Under the pieces are notes generated by a model that was given only the letters and a program-made list of their open reading frames with translations, was not told the origin of the DNA and did not search any database. From positions 38,814,001 to 38,878,000 of the forward strand of contig NC_087436.1 of the NCBI RefSeq assembly GCF_036321535.1: a stretch of 64,000 nt of DNA, in the 5' to 3' direction. Source of the stretch: Camelus dromedarius. Its lineage: Eukaryota. Positions 27,707 to 42,704 of the stretch are shown here, in pieces (position 1 is the stretch's first letter; each line of letters opens with the position of its first letter). The position numbers and the translations under genes are program-made.

Positions 27707-30664
27707 TTAATTTGACACAAATTAGAACTCTCAACTTTAGAAGGACTTAACTATATTCAGGCTAAGCACTAAAACAGCTAAATGCTCCTGCCTGAGAAGA
27801 CAGGCATTGTGCTCTCATATGTGGAGGAATGAGTTGTATCAGGTAGTATCATAGTTCCGGAAGTTTTGAATTGTGTTGTCACCTGTAATACATATACACA
27901 GGTATAGCACCTTACTGCATCACAGAATAAAGTGTATTATTTGTTCATCTTCAATAGCAAGTGCAGTAAGTTATATCATCTCCTGAAGAAAAAGTCAGAA
28001 ATCTCACTGTACAAATTCTAACAAATCATACCATCAGTGAAAGGAAAAGCTGTGAAAATCCAGAACTGTACATCCATAACCTCTCCCAGAAATACCACGT
28101 ACTCTTCCGCCTGCTATTAGTAAGATGGAGAATATTTTATTAAATGGTAAGTTAGAATGACAGGCAGTGTTTTGCTTAAAACCCCCTTTATCCCAAGCCC
28201 TCTCAGGGCAGAAAGTTGAGTTCTCTTGCAATGTTCAAAACAGCGGCTGACAAGAGCTTTAAATGACGTGTGACTTTCTTGTGGCTTGTTAGCAATCGAT
28301 CCCAAGAATTCTGAACCTCTGTATCACTGACCAAAGGTTCTGAAGGAAAGTGTCGGCCTTTCCCCCTAGTCAGCTCAGAAAGGTGTGCTGTGGCGTGGCC
28401 GAACGAGCAAAAGAAAGGATTCTTTTCTCTCAGTAGAGAGTGGAGCGAGGCACAAGCCATGCTGGCTGTCTTTATCCCGTAGCGTTTGGAATATCCTTTG
28501 TAGAAGGAAAAAAAAGAAAACTTCCTGCTGTAAGAATAATGGTGCCCTAAGGAACAAACATCTGTTCTCTCATGCAGTGTTTAAGGGAGACAGCTGTGAT
28601 CTGCTTTGAGTTAAAAGGTGGGTTACTCCCACCTCCGCACTTCCGAATTCCCCTGGAGTCCTCTGCTCCATCTCTGATGTTGGGGGCTGGCGTAAACAAG
28701 GCAGCCCTTTATCTAAACAGTTTCAGTCCTCCTCTCTTCCCCTAGTCCAGCCCACGCATTAGCCTGTGGAAATGACTGAAAGGAATGCATTTCTCGTCAG
28801 TTTGGGGCTTGGGGAAGGACTCTTACTTTGGAGTATGAAGAGGGTGACATTGTTTTAAAGTTTAGACACGCCTGGTACATAACAGTAACATGAAGGTCAA
28901 GATGAGCAGAGAATATGCAAGTGCCCCCGGCTTGGGAGGGGAAAGCTCTAGATTGCTCCCTGAGGTCTTACTATTTTGACCTTTTTACTTTGTAAAAGAT
29001 GGAGGTAAAGCAGAGCATACTGATGTGCTGGATACTCAGCAGAAACTTAAGGGGTTTGGAGGAAATTAAGATCAAAAACATTAAAGGGAAGGAACCTGGT
29101 TCAGATTTCTTCACTTTTCTTGTATCTCCCCCACACCAAGTTCAAGCCTCTTTTCATCAGGTGAATCTGGCCGACCTGGCTGGGGCAGGTAAAGTGCCCG
29201 CAGAGTAAACAGTCAAGGGGGTGGAGGAGTCGGGGTTCCAGTAGGTTCTGACACCCGCGAGTGGCCACCAGGAAATATGGGAGAGAAGCCTGCTCAGTGT
29301 GAGGGAGTCAGGGCGCCTTGGCTGTGGCCAGTGCCGCTTCATGTGATTTGGGTTCAGTGTGGCCTGATTTTTCAGAAGGTGCCAGAAACCCTTTTTGTTG
29401 TTGTTAAAATTGCCCAATTTTTAAACAGTATAACAAATTTGGTGATTTTTAAAAAATACTCAGTACCAAACAAAACTTAGATTGAAATGCACATCCCAGT
29501 CTGCTAGTTTTCTGATTTCAGGTTAATGGGCTTTACCCTCCTAGAATTTACGACTCAAATTAAGTGAAGGGAATGAGATTTTTCCCTCCCATTTATTTAA
29601 TACATATTCAGTTAAACATTAAAACTGTATCTATCAGTAGTCACAATGGAAACAAAGATGTGTTAGATACTGCCCCACCTGTCAGTTGCAGTGTATTTAG
29701 GAGACAAACAGGAAATTACATTATAGTGAACTTCGTGTGATTAAATAGGAATTCCCAAGGTAGGGTTAGCTCTGAAGGGCATTTAATAACTCTTCTTTGG
29801 GTGGGAGCTGTGCCTTCAAGAAGTCCTTCAGTTAAAGAGAGTATGAGAAGCAGGAGGTAAAAGGAACACTGATGAAAAAGAGCAAGGTGTATTGAAGAAA
29901 TAGCAGGTGTTTACTATAATTAAATGATTAACAAATCAAAACCAAGGATGTTAATTAAAAAACAATCCCTCTCCAAAAAAACAAAACCAGCTTCTCAACC
30001 CATCCCAGACCTACTGAATCAGAACCACTGAGTATTTTTAATGGGCACCCTAGGTGATTCTTATAATCAGGCTTGGGTGAAGGATGTTCTGTCAGTCTGT
30101 AGAGATTGTGTCAAATTTGAGAGCTGCATAGTCTGCCTGCGCTGGAAGCTGGGCTCTGTTCCTTAACTGCCTGGGCTGTGGTGGGTAGGATGTGTTCCTC
30201 CATGCTCAAGTTTCTGTTCTTGAAAAATGGAGCTACAGTATCTATTTCATAAGGTTGTCTTGTGAATTAAACATAAAATGCTTGGAACATTATCATTATC
30301 CTGCTCACCACTTGATTTTCAGCTCATGGTACTGAGACAGGTCCAGAATAGTTACTCAATAAATATCTGTTGAACAGATAACACTGTGGAGGTATAAAGG
30401 GGCTGGATAACTGGAGTCCTTAGTTCTGCCTGCTGTTCTAGGTATAGTCACCCTCTCTTCTCCTGGCCTACCCAGAACCATATTAGTTACCTGCGTGTGG
30501 CTCAGATTAAAAACAAAACAAAACAAAAAAACAGGAGTAGCTCCTAAGCTCCTGTATGAAAAGATTTCTAGTGTATTGCATTAAAAAGGAAAAAAAAAAC
30601 AAAACACAATGCACTTTTTCCCCATAGCAAAGCAAGAAAACTTTATGACTCACTGCTGCCTTAA

Positions 30665-30865
<201 letters not shown>

Positions 30866-33800
30866 TGACAAAAGTGTGTGTGTGTGTGAAGAGAGAGAAT
30901 TAGTTTTGGATGCTAGTATGGAATAAGGATTTTTCAGTTTCCGTGATTCATATACTGTCACCTAATGTATAGCTGAGATTTTTAAAGAAAAAAATCAACC
31001 ATTAAAAACACAGGAACGGGTTCCTACATGTATCAAGCACCAGGCTGAAGAACAGGGGAGAGTGTTCCCAACAGTGAGAGCAGGATGTGCAAAGGCGGGA
31101 AGACAGAAGGGAGGGGGCGGGGCCATGGAGCGCCAGTTGAGGGTGAAAGTGGCGAGAAATGCGATCAGAGGGGAAGGTAAGAAGCAAGTCATGTAGCACC
31201 TTGTAAGCTATTCAGAGGAATTTAGATCTGATCCTGAAAACAATGGTGAGTCACTGAGGAACTTTAAGCAGGGAAGTAACATGATCTGATTGGGGAGGTT
31301 ACAACACAGTAGAAAGAAGGACCAAAAAGATAGTGAACTCCTTTGGAAATGAGGGAGTAAAAGGGTTGATGTGAAGCCAGGCTCTTGGTTCGAGCAGGGT
31401 CACCCACAAAGCTTGAAGATGAAAACTGATTTTAACCCCAGTTGATTACCTTATTCACCTCTCAGAAAATAGCGAGACTGAAATCAATACCTTCTAATAT
31501 CAGTTGGGAGTTATCAGGGGATTCTATTTTGTTTCATAATGGCCACGTGTATTGCATCAAAGAATAAGGGAGAATAGAAAGGACCATTTGGGGGAAAAAA
31601 AGTCAGTAATTTGCCTTTAAGGCTGTTTTTTTTCTGTCAGTTGAATGTCTAGTCTCCTCGTAGAGATTTCCTATCTGAAATTTAAGTACCTTGAAGGCTT
31701 CTGCTATTTAGCAATCCTTTAATTCATAAAATGAAAATTTATTAACAATAAACAGTGTACCCAGCACTGTGCTAGGTACATATTTCAGTGATGAGTCGTC
31801 CCTGCTCTCAAAGCCTCACTGAGGCATGAAAACTAAGGACTAATATAGCTGAGGTTAACACAGTGTTATTTATGGTATTACTCGGGGCCCAAATCTAGCC
31901 CTTTCTTTAACCAAAGTTTATGTTACTGACCTCAATCTTGTGCAGAACTGAGTGAAAACAAAGAACAACTGTCTGTAGACTCTTCTCTAATAATACTTCA
32001 CTCTATTAGAGCATGTTGATTAAGAGATAATGTATCATTTAATTATTTCAAGAAGCTCTCAAGAAAGGCTCTTTGGTTATTATTGTCCCTGTTTTACAAA
32101 TGAAGAAATTGAGACGGAAGAATAGAGTAGAAAGCTCATGAATTTTGAGTCATAGCTCTACTAGTGATTAACTCTAATTTCCTTGGGCAGCTAATCTCTT
32201 AAGTTCTCAGTTTTGTAATCTGTTAGCCGGGGATAATGGTATGACTTCCCCTGTGGGAGTCTCGTGAGAATTACTCACGCATGCATGTACGCTTGTATAT
32301 TTCGCTTAATACGCAGGCATAGAGTACACGTCAGTTATCCCTTCCTTAGACCAACTCTGACCATGGTTATATCACCCTATCAGGTTTCTTTACTGTAGGT
32401 TATAGGGCTCATTTATAAAAAGTCCTTTCTATTAATAGAATGAAGATCTCATTTAGAGCCAAAAGTTCTAAATGTGAATAGCTCAGTTCTGCTTCTTGCT
32501 GGTTACAGGACCTAGATAGTGACTCAGAAACCTTTCCATTCCTGAGACCTCCCATACTTTAAACTAGTAGCGATCCTGTTGAAAGGGCCTGGCCAGGACA
32601 AAGGAATGTGATCCTTGTATCTATTTACAAAATTCTTATGAGTTGATATGTATCTTATTTCTTAAAAGCATAAGTTTTTAGGTAGCATTTGGGTATTGGA
32701 TCTGAAGATAGTCACTCAAAATTTCTTTTGCCATCTTTAGTCTTACCTTTTCCTGAATTTTTGTCCATTAGGCAGTTATTTCTCCTCAATGTCTCATGCA
32801 TCCACTCTCCTATTCTGTTAGAATAACTACTGTTCCACTTCCGGCCAACATCAGCTTGAACACCGCCCGCCATCATTCTGGTTGGCCTTCCTGCCTTGGT
32901 GACTCTTCTGTTTATTTCAGATATTATTGTCACTATAATTTTAGGATGGTAAAAGTAATACGTTTTTGCTAGAGACGATGGCAGCGTCATGAAGTGCCCT
33001 GACACAGAATATTTCCTACTGAAAAATATGTCAGATATTCATATCTCTGCCGGGCTTCCAGATCTTGGCTTGCTCTCCTGTAACTCTTGCTGATCCCTGA
33101 AACAGACTCCTGACTGTACAGGGACAGATGTGCATGTGCTGTGCTTATTTTCACCTTCTGTCGTTTATGTGTCATTCCGCCCCTGAATGGGCGGCCACTT
33201 CCAAGTCTGCCCCACTTTATGCCACAGCGTGCTTTTCTCTTCCTCAGAGCCCGACTCAAGTCTCTGTTCCTGGGAGAATGCTAGGATTGACTTCATGCCA
33301 CTTGGAATGCTGTTGACAGTTAATAAATTTGTGCTCTCAACTTTATGTGGATTTATTTCCTTTATATGTGCGCTTTTTTATTTTCACTACTGATTGAGAT
33401 TCTTGAAGGCAAGAGTCGAGCTATGTTTTCTCTTTCTTTTTTTTTTCTCCCATAGCATCTTAAGTATGCCACTCAGAACTTAAGAAGCCTTTGTAACTGT
33501 TGGAAACTGATTCAGTGTATTGAGTGTGCTTCCTAGGGTCATCCAGACTGTACATAATCATCAGTAGTCCTGTACAGAAGACTGTTCTACAAATTTGAAT
33601 GTGCCAGGCTTATCTACAAGGCAGTTAGCAGATCTAACCATAATTTTCCTAAACGCTGTTAAGAACACCCTCATAAGAGAATCCAAAACTGCACTTAAAT
33701 TTAGTTACTATTTACTAGATACAGTGGGTAGCCTTTGGGTTACCAAATTCAATAGGCCCATCTTAATAGGAGCATAGTAGAGTAGTCCATCAAGAAGTAT

Positions 33801-34692
33801 GTTTCATAGAGTCATTTTTATCACTGTTTACATTATATGATATATATGCCTATTTAGTTATACCTACAGATTTATGATTAGTAAAGAGATATGTCCATGG
33901 GTTAAATTTCTAGGTTTTCCTGCTTATTTTCCTTGATTCTTTAATTAATCACCAGTAATTTTTTACAACACTTCAGTGTATAGTTTCTATGCATGTCAAA
34001 GTCAATAGCATTATTTAAAATTCTCCTAATAAGATGAATCTGTCATCTTTGGGGCTGACTTTGTTCAGAAATGGTCATGATGAAAGGTCTGCAGTGCACT
34101 TTAAGTTAGCACATGTCAGTCTTATGCACACAGAAATCCTCTGCAAGATACAGTTACTCAGGGTGAAAGAACAAGGGAACATTCAGGTTCTTTTTATCAG
34201 ATTTCCCTGTGAACTGCGTCATAGAACAGGAACAAAGAGATCTGAAAAGAAAAGGGAGGCTATGAAAGCATGGATTTTTTTTCTGCCAAATCCTCTGTAG
34301 GCGATTTCTACCAACAAAGAAGAAACCTTGTTTTTGGCCTACTTCTGCAGCTAATCAGACTGTGCTGAATATTGTTAAAGCAACATTCTTTCCCCTGGTA
34401 CGTTTCCCAGTCCCCAGGGCACTGCCTTTGTGTTTGAAATATCTCCAGTGATATACGTCGGGAGAAGCACATATTTATTTTTAAAGATTCCCAAAAGTAT
34501 AGTAAATCTTTCAGAACTGAAGAGAGGCAGACTCTGATGCTAACACAAACACAAAATTATCTTGCTTAGGGCCCATGTGTCCCTGGAGATTTTACTGACC
34601 ACACCACTTAGGAGCTGAATTAAACCCAGCTTGTGAGGTTTTCTGAACATTCTATCCTTTCTTCTCCCATCTTTTAAAATGTATACATTAAA

Positions 34693-34772
34693 ATACACAC
34701 ACACACATGCACGCACGCACGCACGCACGCACGCACACATGCATGCACGCACTCATTCACTCACTCACTCAC
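34693..34772. repeat. Compound (CA)n(GCAC)7(CACT)n microsatellite
   Basis: Read directly; 34693-34752 strictly alternates purine and pyrimidine. Confidence 0.9.
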
Positions 34773-35162
34773 CAGGGCTTTATTTTGCATTTGTATATGT
34801 TATTTTTTTAAATTAGTTCTCAAGCAGTAACTCTGCCTGAAAATTTAAGCATGGTTTAAAAAGGACAAGGGTCAGGACTTGGAGTTCCAATTTGTCCTTG
34901 GGCATATGCTGTGTGCATTGCTCCCAACCCACCCCCAGAGCCTGGCACATATGCCTTTGCAGACTGACAGAATGGGATCAGAGAAGAGCTGGAGAGTGGC
35001 TGCTTGCAGGGCTCTCTGAAAGTGAATCCATGCACGGGTGACTATTTGGACTCTCCTAATTCATGACACACGGACATGATATCTTTTAAAAAGCTAGTCT
35101 GTGCCTTCCTCATGACAAAATACCTTTCTTAACGGTCCCCTGCATTTTACATCTAATTTAGT

Positions 35163-35651
<489 letters not shown>

Positions 35652-37180
35652 TGAGAATAATATTTATTGCCCCTTACAAAATAAGTTACATTTTGTGAAT
35701 TATGAAGATTAGTATGGCAAATTACTTAATTATTAATTTTCTTTCATATATAATATATATGGCTTTAAAAAAAATCTTTACAGTAACTCCAATGTTAAAC
35801 TTAATAGTCTTTGGGCAAATAAATACTTCCTTCAAGGAAAACCCTACCGTATAAGAAAAGGTATCAAATTTCTCCTGCTCCCATTCAACCTGCTGCATAG
35901 TAGAATTCCTCAAAAACTACTCAGTCCCTGCACCTGGCTCCATAGATGAGTCTAGTGTTCTCTATTGCCTTTTCTCTGGAGCCCTCTGTTAATTTTATAA
36001 GTACTGTTTCATGGAAAGGGTTTTGGTTTCATATACATTGACCAGAGACTGTCTACAAGGAAGATCAGTGCAGAAAACGTTCAAGTAATTCACTCCTTTC
36101 CAGGCCAAATTTTTCGTATCTGTGTCCTTAGATTCTAACTTCAGTGGAAATCGACTAGTCATTCTAGGGAAGTGGTTCCAGGCATCCATAATATAACTTT
36201 TTAATTCAGAGCTTTCATGCTCTTTTGATTTAGTAAATTCTAAAAATGTTATTCTTTGTCTCTACTTTCATAGGGTGCACATTTTGACTGGCTAGAGTTT
36301 AAAAAAGTGATTTTTGTCTGAGAAGCCCTATGAAACACGATAGTAGTATTTTCCTGCCATAGCAAACATTTATAAGAAATAGGGTAAACTTATTTTGGGG
36401 TATGGGAAGTTCACAAGGACCAGACCACTGAAGACTACCCTTGCTTTTTGTGAAGAATAACAAAATGGTGATTTTTGTGTATGTTGAAGATACACTGTAT
36501 AGAGTGTTGAGAGTTCCAGCAGAATAGAGCTGATAATAATTTCAACTTGTGTTTTCTTACTAATGAAGAACAGTAATATAGATAATTCAAATGGCAGGTA
36601 TTAAAAAATAACCTATATTTGACTGTGGAATATATCGTGCAATGTTTTAAAGCCAAATTTTCATTTCTAATCCTCTTTTTTCTGTTGTTTTGCTAATATT
36701 CACATTGTCTATGCTCCTTAAGGATACAGCAACTGATAGTAGAGAGTGAAGGCAGCAGAATCTGCAGAGAACTAAAAGTCAGAGAGGAAACAATTAAAGT
36801 TTATTTGAAATGATCAACCATCAGTCAATGTCATAAAATTAAAGAGGATAACTTAGAAAGCATTTGTATTAGTAAAAACAAAACAAAACTGCAAAGAGCA
36901 GAAAATTACATTTTAGTAAATAAAAAAATTAATGAAGTTTATTTGAGTCACTTCACATACATGTATATAATTAAGAATTTAAAATATTTAGTATAGGTGG
37001 ACAGATTATTGTTTGAGGCATTTCAGCTTTTTCTGTTGATAATAATAATTCTATTCTGAAGACAAAGTACAGCTGATTCCCTGCAGAACAGGATTCTAGC
37101 ATGAGCCCTTTGTGACTATAAACAAACATATATAAAGTACTGAGAAAAAAAAACACAACTGGTAAAAAGAGGTAGTATAA

Positions 37181-37333
<153 letters not shown>

Positions 37334-37769
37334 TAAGGCATTTGCCCAGCAAAAGAAGAAAATGTTTCTTTTAAATTGTAGGGCTGTCTTTTTAAAAGTA
37401 AAACCCACAGCAAAATTTGATGGTTCAAAATTTCAGTTGGTCAGGGTTCATAACATACTCTGGTTTCATTTAAGGAAAATGGGAAAAATAATGCATGTCC
37501 AGGATTGTATTGGTAACATTTCTGGCCTGAAATTCAAAAATATTTATGTTGAGAATCTTATTTTATTAGGTAATTACCAAGAGTTTGTTTTAGTTTGTGT
37601 GCATCCAGCTTAAGAGCTTCATTGGAGAACTATTATGACTAGTACAGAAAGGGTGGAATTTCACCCTGGGATAAAAGATAATATTTGAAAGGTGCTTAGC
37701 TTGGATCCTAGGTACTTGTTTAGTAAGTGCTGACTAGAAAGAGGCTTTTGGTCTTAGTGAAGGAAGTGG

Positions 37770-37985
37770 AGCCCAGTGCTGGAGAGCTTGCAGTCAGACT
37801 GGGATTCAGGTAAGTTCTTGTGTGCCTGTGGGCAGGGGCGCTCATCTCTCTAAACCTCAACTTCCTGATTTGTGAAGTCAAGATAATAGCACACCTACCT
37901 CATCGGGTTGATGTACGTTTTAGAAGATAACACACATCCATACCAGCTAGAATGCCTGATAAATATTTAAGTGTTAAATAAGTCT
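37770..37985 (+). mobile_element. MIR SINE
   Basis: 'gcagtcagactgggattcag..ctctctaaacctcaacttcctgatttgtgaag..gataatagcacacctacctca'. Confidence 0.7.
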
Positions 37986-39649
37986 TAGCCACAGATGCTA
38001 GTTCAGACAAGTTTTTCAGCCCCCTGTGCGGACCATGCTTAAGTACCATTTGCAGCGACAAATGAGATAATAAAGGTGATACCACTTTTCATCAGATCTT
38101 TGAGCCACTGTGACATTTTTATTTTCCTGCAGCAAGTTAGTTGAAAGGCCTGCATTTTAATGGCGAAACTGCTAACTGCTGAGCTTTTTTTTTCAGTATG
38201 CAAGTGATTCCACTAGTACATAGCTCTCTCTAGGAAAGTCGAGATGTCTGATCTCTTGAGGGAAGTTCAGAAAGCTCTCTAATCACATTCCCTTTATCTA
38301 AATACAGTAAACAGAAAACTTCATGTGAAAAGAATTACAGCAATGTAACAACCATGTCCTCTGCTGACCTTTGATGGGAAGAGATAGCAGGCTCTTGCCT
38401 GCCTGTCAGAGCCTGGCCGTTTCCTCTTTAAAATCTAACGTTTTGGAGAACTGACGAGTGACATGGCCTTTGCCCCCTGTGCTCTGTCATGTGATAGTGG
38501 TCCTGAGCCTCCTATCAACACAGGAGTCGTTAGGACAGGGAACGAGGACGTGAAAAGATTTACAGCACAGGGCCAAGCGTGGCCTGCAGATCAGAGCCGC
38601 AGAGCCGCAGAGCTGCCTCCTCTCCCTCCCTCAGCTGGGCATAGTGTTATTAGGATGTGGATTGTTACTATATGGATTGCTCTAAGACACCATATTGCCC
38701 TGCTTTATTTAGAGTGAAAAGAACACTCAGCTATTTCCCTCTTTGTTTACTTAAAAATAATTACCCGGGAAAACATCTGGAGACACGTCATCTTCTCTTC
38801 AAAGAAAAAAAAGCCCTGGGAAAAAGTCAGACTGCGGAATCTTGCTTTCGCACACACCACAGAACAGACTCCACCAAGGAATAATAACTTAAAAAAAAAA
38901 TTGAAGGGTTTCTTTTTCCTTACATCCCTGTGGTTTGAGTAGAGGAAACCGAGAATTTTCCAGGGATGTTTCTTTTTTCTTTCCTTAGTGATAAATGACT
39001 GACACCTCAAGTGGGGTTTTCTTAACCAGGGGGCTCTTGGGAGATTAAGAGTACCAGAAACATTTCCATGTAACTTCTGAAAAGGTGTTCGTGTCCAGAC
39101 CTCATCAGATATTCAGACACTCTATAAAGAAAACCAAAACAAAGAAGGCACAGAAATAGAAGTAACATATCAAAAAGAGAAATAGCCCTTGTTGTGGTAG
39201 CAGAGTTAGAAACGGAACTCCTGTCATTCATTCTTCTTGAACTTTTTTTCAGAAAATTAATATGAAGTGAGATATTCCTTGTTTAGGAAACAGTGTTTTG
39301 CTTCATTATCTGAGGCTTTGCTTCCTTCCTGGCTTAGGAAGACTGCCCTTACAAGAAGTAACAAGTACGCCAGTGAGATGTCTGGGGGAACAGTTCACTG
39401 CCTGTGCTTCCTTCTCCCACATGGGCGGGTGAAGGAGAGAGTGACTTCAGACAGATACTCAATTATTCTTTAAAAAATAGGCAGTAATAAGAACAAAATG
39501 GCCAAAGTACAGATACCTGCTTATGCAGAGAAATGTCCTGCATTAGGCTTGCAGTCAATATGAGACGACTGTTGTAGATGCATTTATTTGGTTAGATTTA
39601 GGCTTGGTGTTTTCTAAATATAAATATAGTGAAATTATCCTACATTTTT

Positions 39650-40500
39650 GGCAGATGGATAATATGCAGTTACTGGGGCCTGGCACTGTGCTAGGTGGAA
39701 AGAGAGCTATAAAAGTATAAAATGTAGTTCCTGTTATCAAGGAGTTTTGGTAGTCTCATGAAACAGTGGTGACTAACACAAGGAAGGATCTAATAAATAC
39801 TATGTTGTTTAATAACATGGACTGTAAGTGTTCAATAGAAGAGGAGATTGGCCATGATCAGCGTAATCCATCTTTACTGTTAATGGAAGAAGTGAGGCTT
39901 GAACTGGATCTTTGCAGTGGGTAGGATTTGGAGAGGAGAAAGCGTGAAGATATACCAGAAACACTATGAGGCTTTCACGGGACAGTGATGATGGTTAGCC
40001 TGACTAGTCAGAAGGTCCACTGACTAGGAATGGAGAGTAAGAGGATGAACAAGCAGAAGTTATAAGACCCTTCCGGGGGGTGGGGGTGCTCTAAGACTAA
40101 GCAGTGCATTTTACACTTGGTATAGTGAAAGGACAGGGAGCCACTGCAGTGGGTGATAAAGACATTGTGTAGGAAGAAAAGGATGAAAGGAAGGTACAGG
40201 GTACATGGATGATAAATAGAACCACAGAGTTCAGCTAGAAAGCTGTTACAGCAAGCTAGGTGCATGTGAACATCACTTATTGGCCAGAGGGAGGAAGAGA
40301 CCGAAGGAGAGAGTTTTTAAATTTAATATTGAATGGCTAGTTACATGTATGAAGGAAGCAGGGAAGTCATGACTCCCAGTCCAAGAAACTGGAATAGTGA
40401 TGGTGCCATTGGTAACGATGAAAGGCCTGGGAAGGGTGTATCCATGTGTGTGTCCTTTGGGAGGGAAGGTGGAGGGGAGAGGAGTTTTGGCAGTGAGGAG
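39650..40500 (-). mobile_element. L2 LINE fragment
   Basis: 'gcctggcactgtgctagg..cctgttatcaaggag..gtgggtaggatttgg..gggagccactg..gatggtgccatt'. Confidence 0.6.
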
Positions 40501-41344
40501 AAAATAATGAAGAGGATGGTGGCTGGAAGAGGTAAAATGACCAAATGGATATGGTTTGTTTGTTTGTTTTTCCCAAAATAGATTAGAGATTCAGCAAAAC
40601 CAGAATAAAAGAATTTCCTGGTAACCACAATCAGATCATGTATTTTTGTCCTGAAAGAGCTCGTTCTGCACCATGGTCCTCTCTGCTCTGTAATAGAGGA
40701 AAAGGAGTGAGCTGGAGTTGTGAATGGGCGCGGTGGTAATACAGGGTCAGCGGCTCTGAGAGACTTCCAGGGGCAGTGGAGACGGCACAGAAGTCACAAT
40801 TTGTAAACTGCAAACTGGGTAGAGTCTGTTTTAGCCAGGAATGAGGTCATCCCTGATAAGGTGGGAGGGCTTGCGAGACCAGAGATCTGAGCATGAGTAA
40901 AGTGCAAGTTCAGTTAGTCCTAATGTCCATAGCTAATACTAATAGTAATAATAATAATAGAACCAAACACTTAGCACAGCCCTTATCATTTTGGAATTCC
41001 TTCTAGCACTTTATGTGTGAGATATATATATATAGTGCTGGGTCTTCTTTTGCTGTTGTCATCTCAAAACAATTTCCACCCCTATTCCTCCACGAGAGCT
41101 GGAGCCCAAGCCCTACCACACATCTGAGGATATGCCCACGATTTGAATTGGGCCATTGAACTTGGCACAGGAGTTACTGCTAGCTTTTTGAGAAATTCCT
41201 CTCACATTCCAGGAGGCTCAGTCCTGTCTCCCCAAAGCACTGGAGACACACAAGCAACAGCCCATTCCTTGTGGACTTTTATACTATTTGCAGAATGAAG
41301 AGAAAGACTATACACATATATGAGCTCAGTGAGTCCTTAGACCA

Positions 41345-41582
41345 GCACACGGAGCTGTGATGGTTATGGAGCCAACGCTAGTCCAGTGCCTGCCTCCTCC
41401 TCTCACCATGTGACCTTGGGCAAGTCATTTCACCTCCCTCCCTTTGTTGCCTTCTCTGTATAGTAGAATAATGACAGCACTGGTCTCACAGGGCTTCTTA
41501 CAAGGATTAAGAAGTATAAATAGGTGCAAAGTGCTTGGAGCAGTACCTGGCACAGATTACATGCTCTACAGGTTTTAGCTTC
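41345..41582 (+). mobile_element. MIR SINE
   Basis: 'catgtgaccttgggcaagtcatttcacctc..aaggattaa..aaagtgcttggagcagtacctggcaca'. Confidence 0.75.
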
Positions 41583-42704
41583 TGTCACAGGAGGACACTA
41601 TTAAGGACAGATAAAAGTTCAAGATCTTGCTCGGTCCCATGGGTGGATTGAGGAGTAGCAAAGAGACTATGCCTAGCGGCACCTCAGAGCTGTGAAACAG
41701 AGAGGGAGTGGGAAAAAAACAATCAGCCAGAGTCAAGGAGGTCAAACAACTGGAGTCACAAGGTTAAAGAACCGTCCACTTGAGTATCTATGAATGTGAT
41801 CACAGACTGATGGAAGACAGTAGTGATGATTTGGAGAGAAATTGTCAAGTTAAGAATCCAATGGGTTGACAAGGGCTACAAGGAATAGTTAAGAGATTTG
41901 AACCCAGAGCAACATGTATGGATGAGAAGCCAAATTTCAAGGACAGTTGTTCGATTCAGTGGAAAGGGATACCGTGCTGGGGTGGCAGGACTTGGTTTTC
42001 TCACAGAACTTTCATTTTCTGTTGACTTCTAAAGCTCCATGTTTCTGGAACATTGATCTGATTTCTGCACCAGCATCCTGGTGCTGCTCTCAGAGATGAG
42101 CCAACAACTGCAGGACAAGAGGAGATGCAGGGAGGGCATGCAAGTCCGTTAATGCTTAGTGACATCAGCGTGGGAATAAAAGTGCAGCTGGAGTGGTTTA
42201 ATGGGTCCTTCTGACATGACCTCAAATAAAGAGGCAACTTAGCCTTGTATTTGAAAGAGTAAAAAAATAACAGGATATAGAATACACTGGTTTCCATGAA
42301 CATCTTTGTAAACAGGAAATTTGGGGCATCTGTCACCCTTTCATTGATTCGTAAGTCCATATTTTTAGAATGTAAGGAAAGGAAAACACATAATTTGCAT
42401 TCATCTATCTCACAAGCCAAGAATTTTCTCTAATGTGAAACAGTCCTTTCTGCATTCTCTAAAAATGTAACGTGCATTTGAAGTTTTAAATGTGTTTGTG
42501 TTACATCCGCCTAATTGCATTTCTAGCCCGGCTTCTAACTAGGTCAGTGAGTGGATACTGTGTGCAGAGTGCCATGGGTCACAAGCCAGTGTATGTTCAA
42601 GAGGATGTACTTGAATCCCGGCTCTGCCGTTTATATTGGCCGTGAACAAGTGAGATAATCTCTCTGAACTTCTAGTCATCTAAAGAACAAATGCTAAAAT
42701 GCCA

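Noticed and set aside
34070..34250. Possible C/D-box snoRNA (ATGATGA ... CTGA)
   Set aside because: Boxes are too far apart and there is no terminal stem
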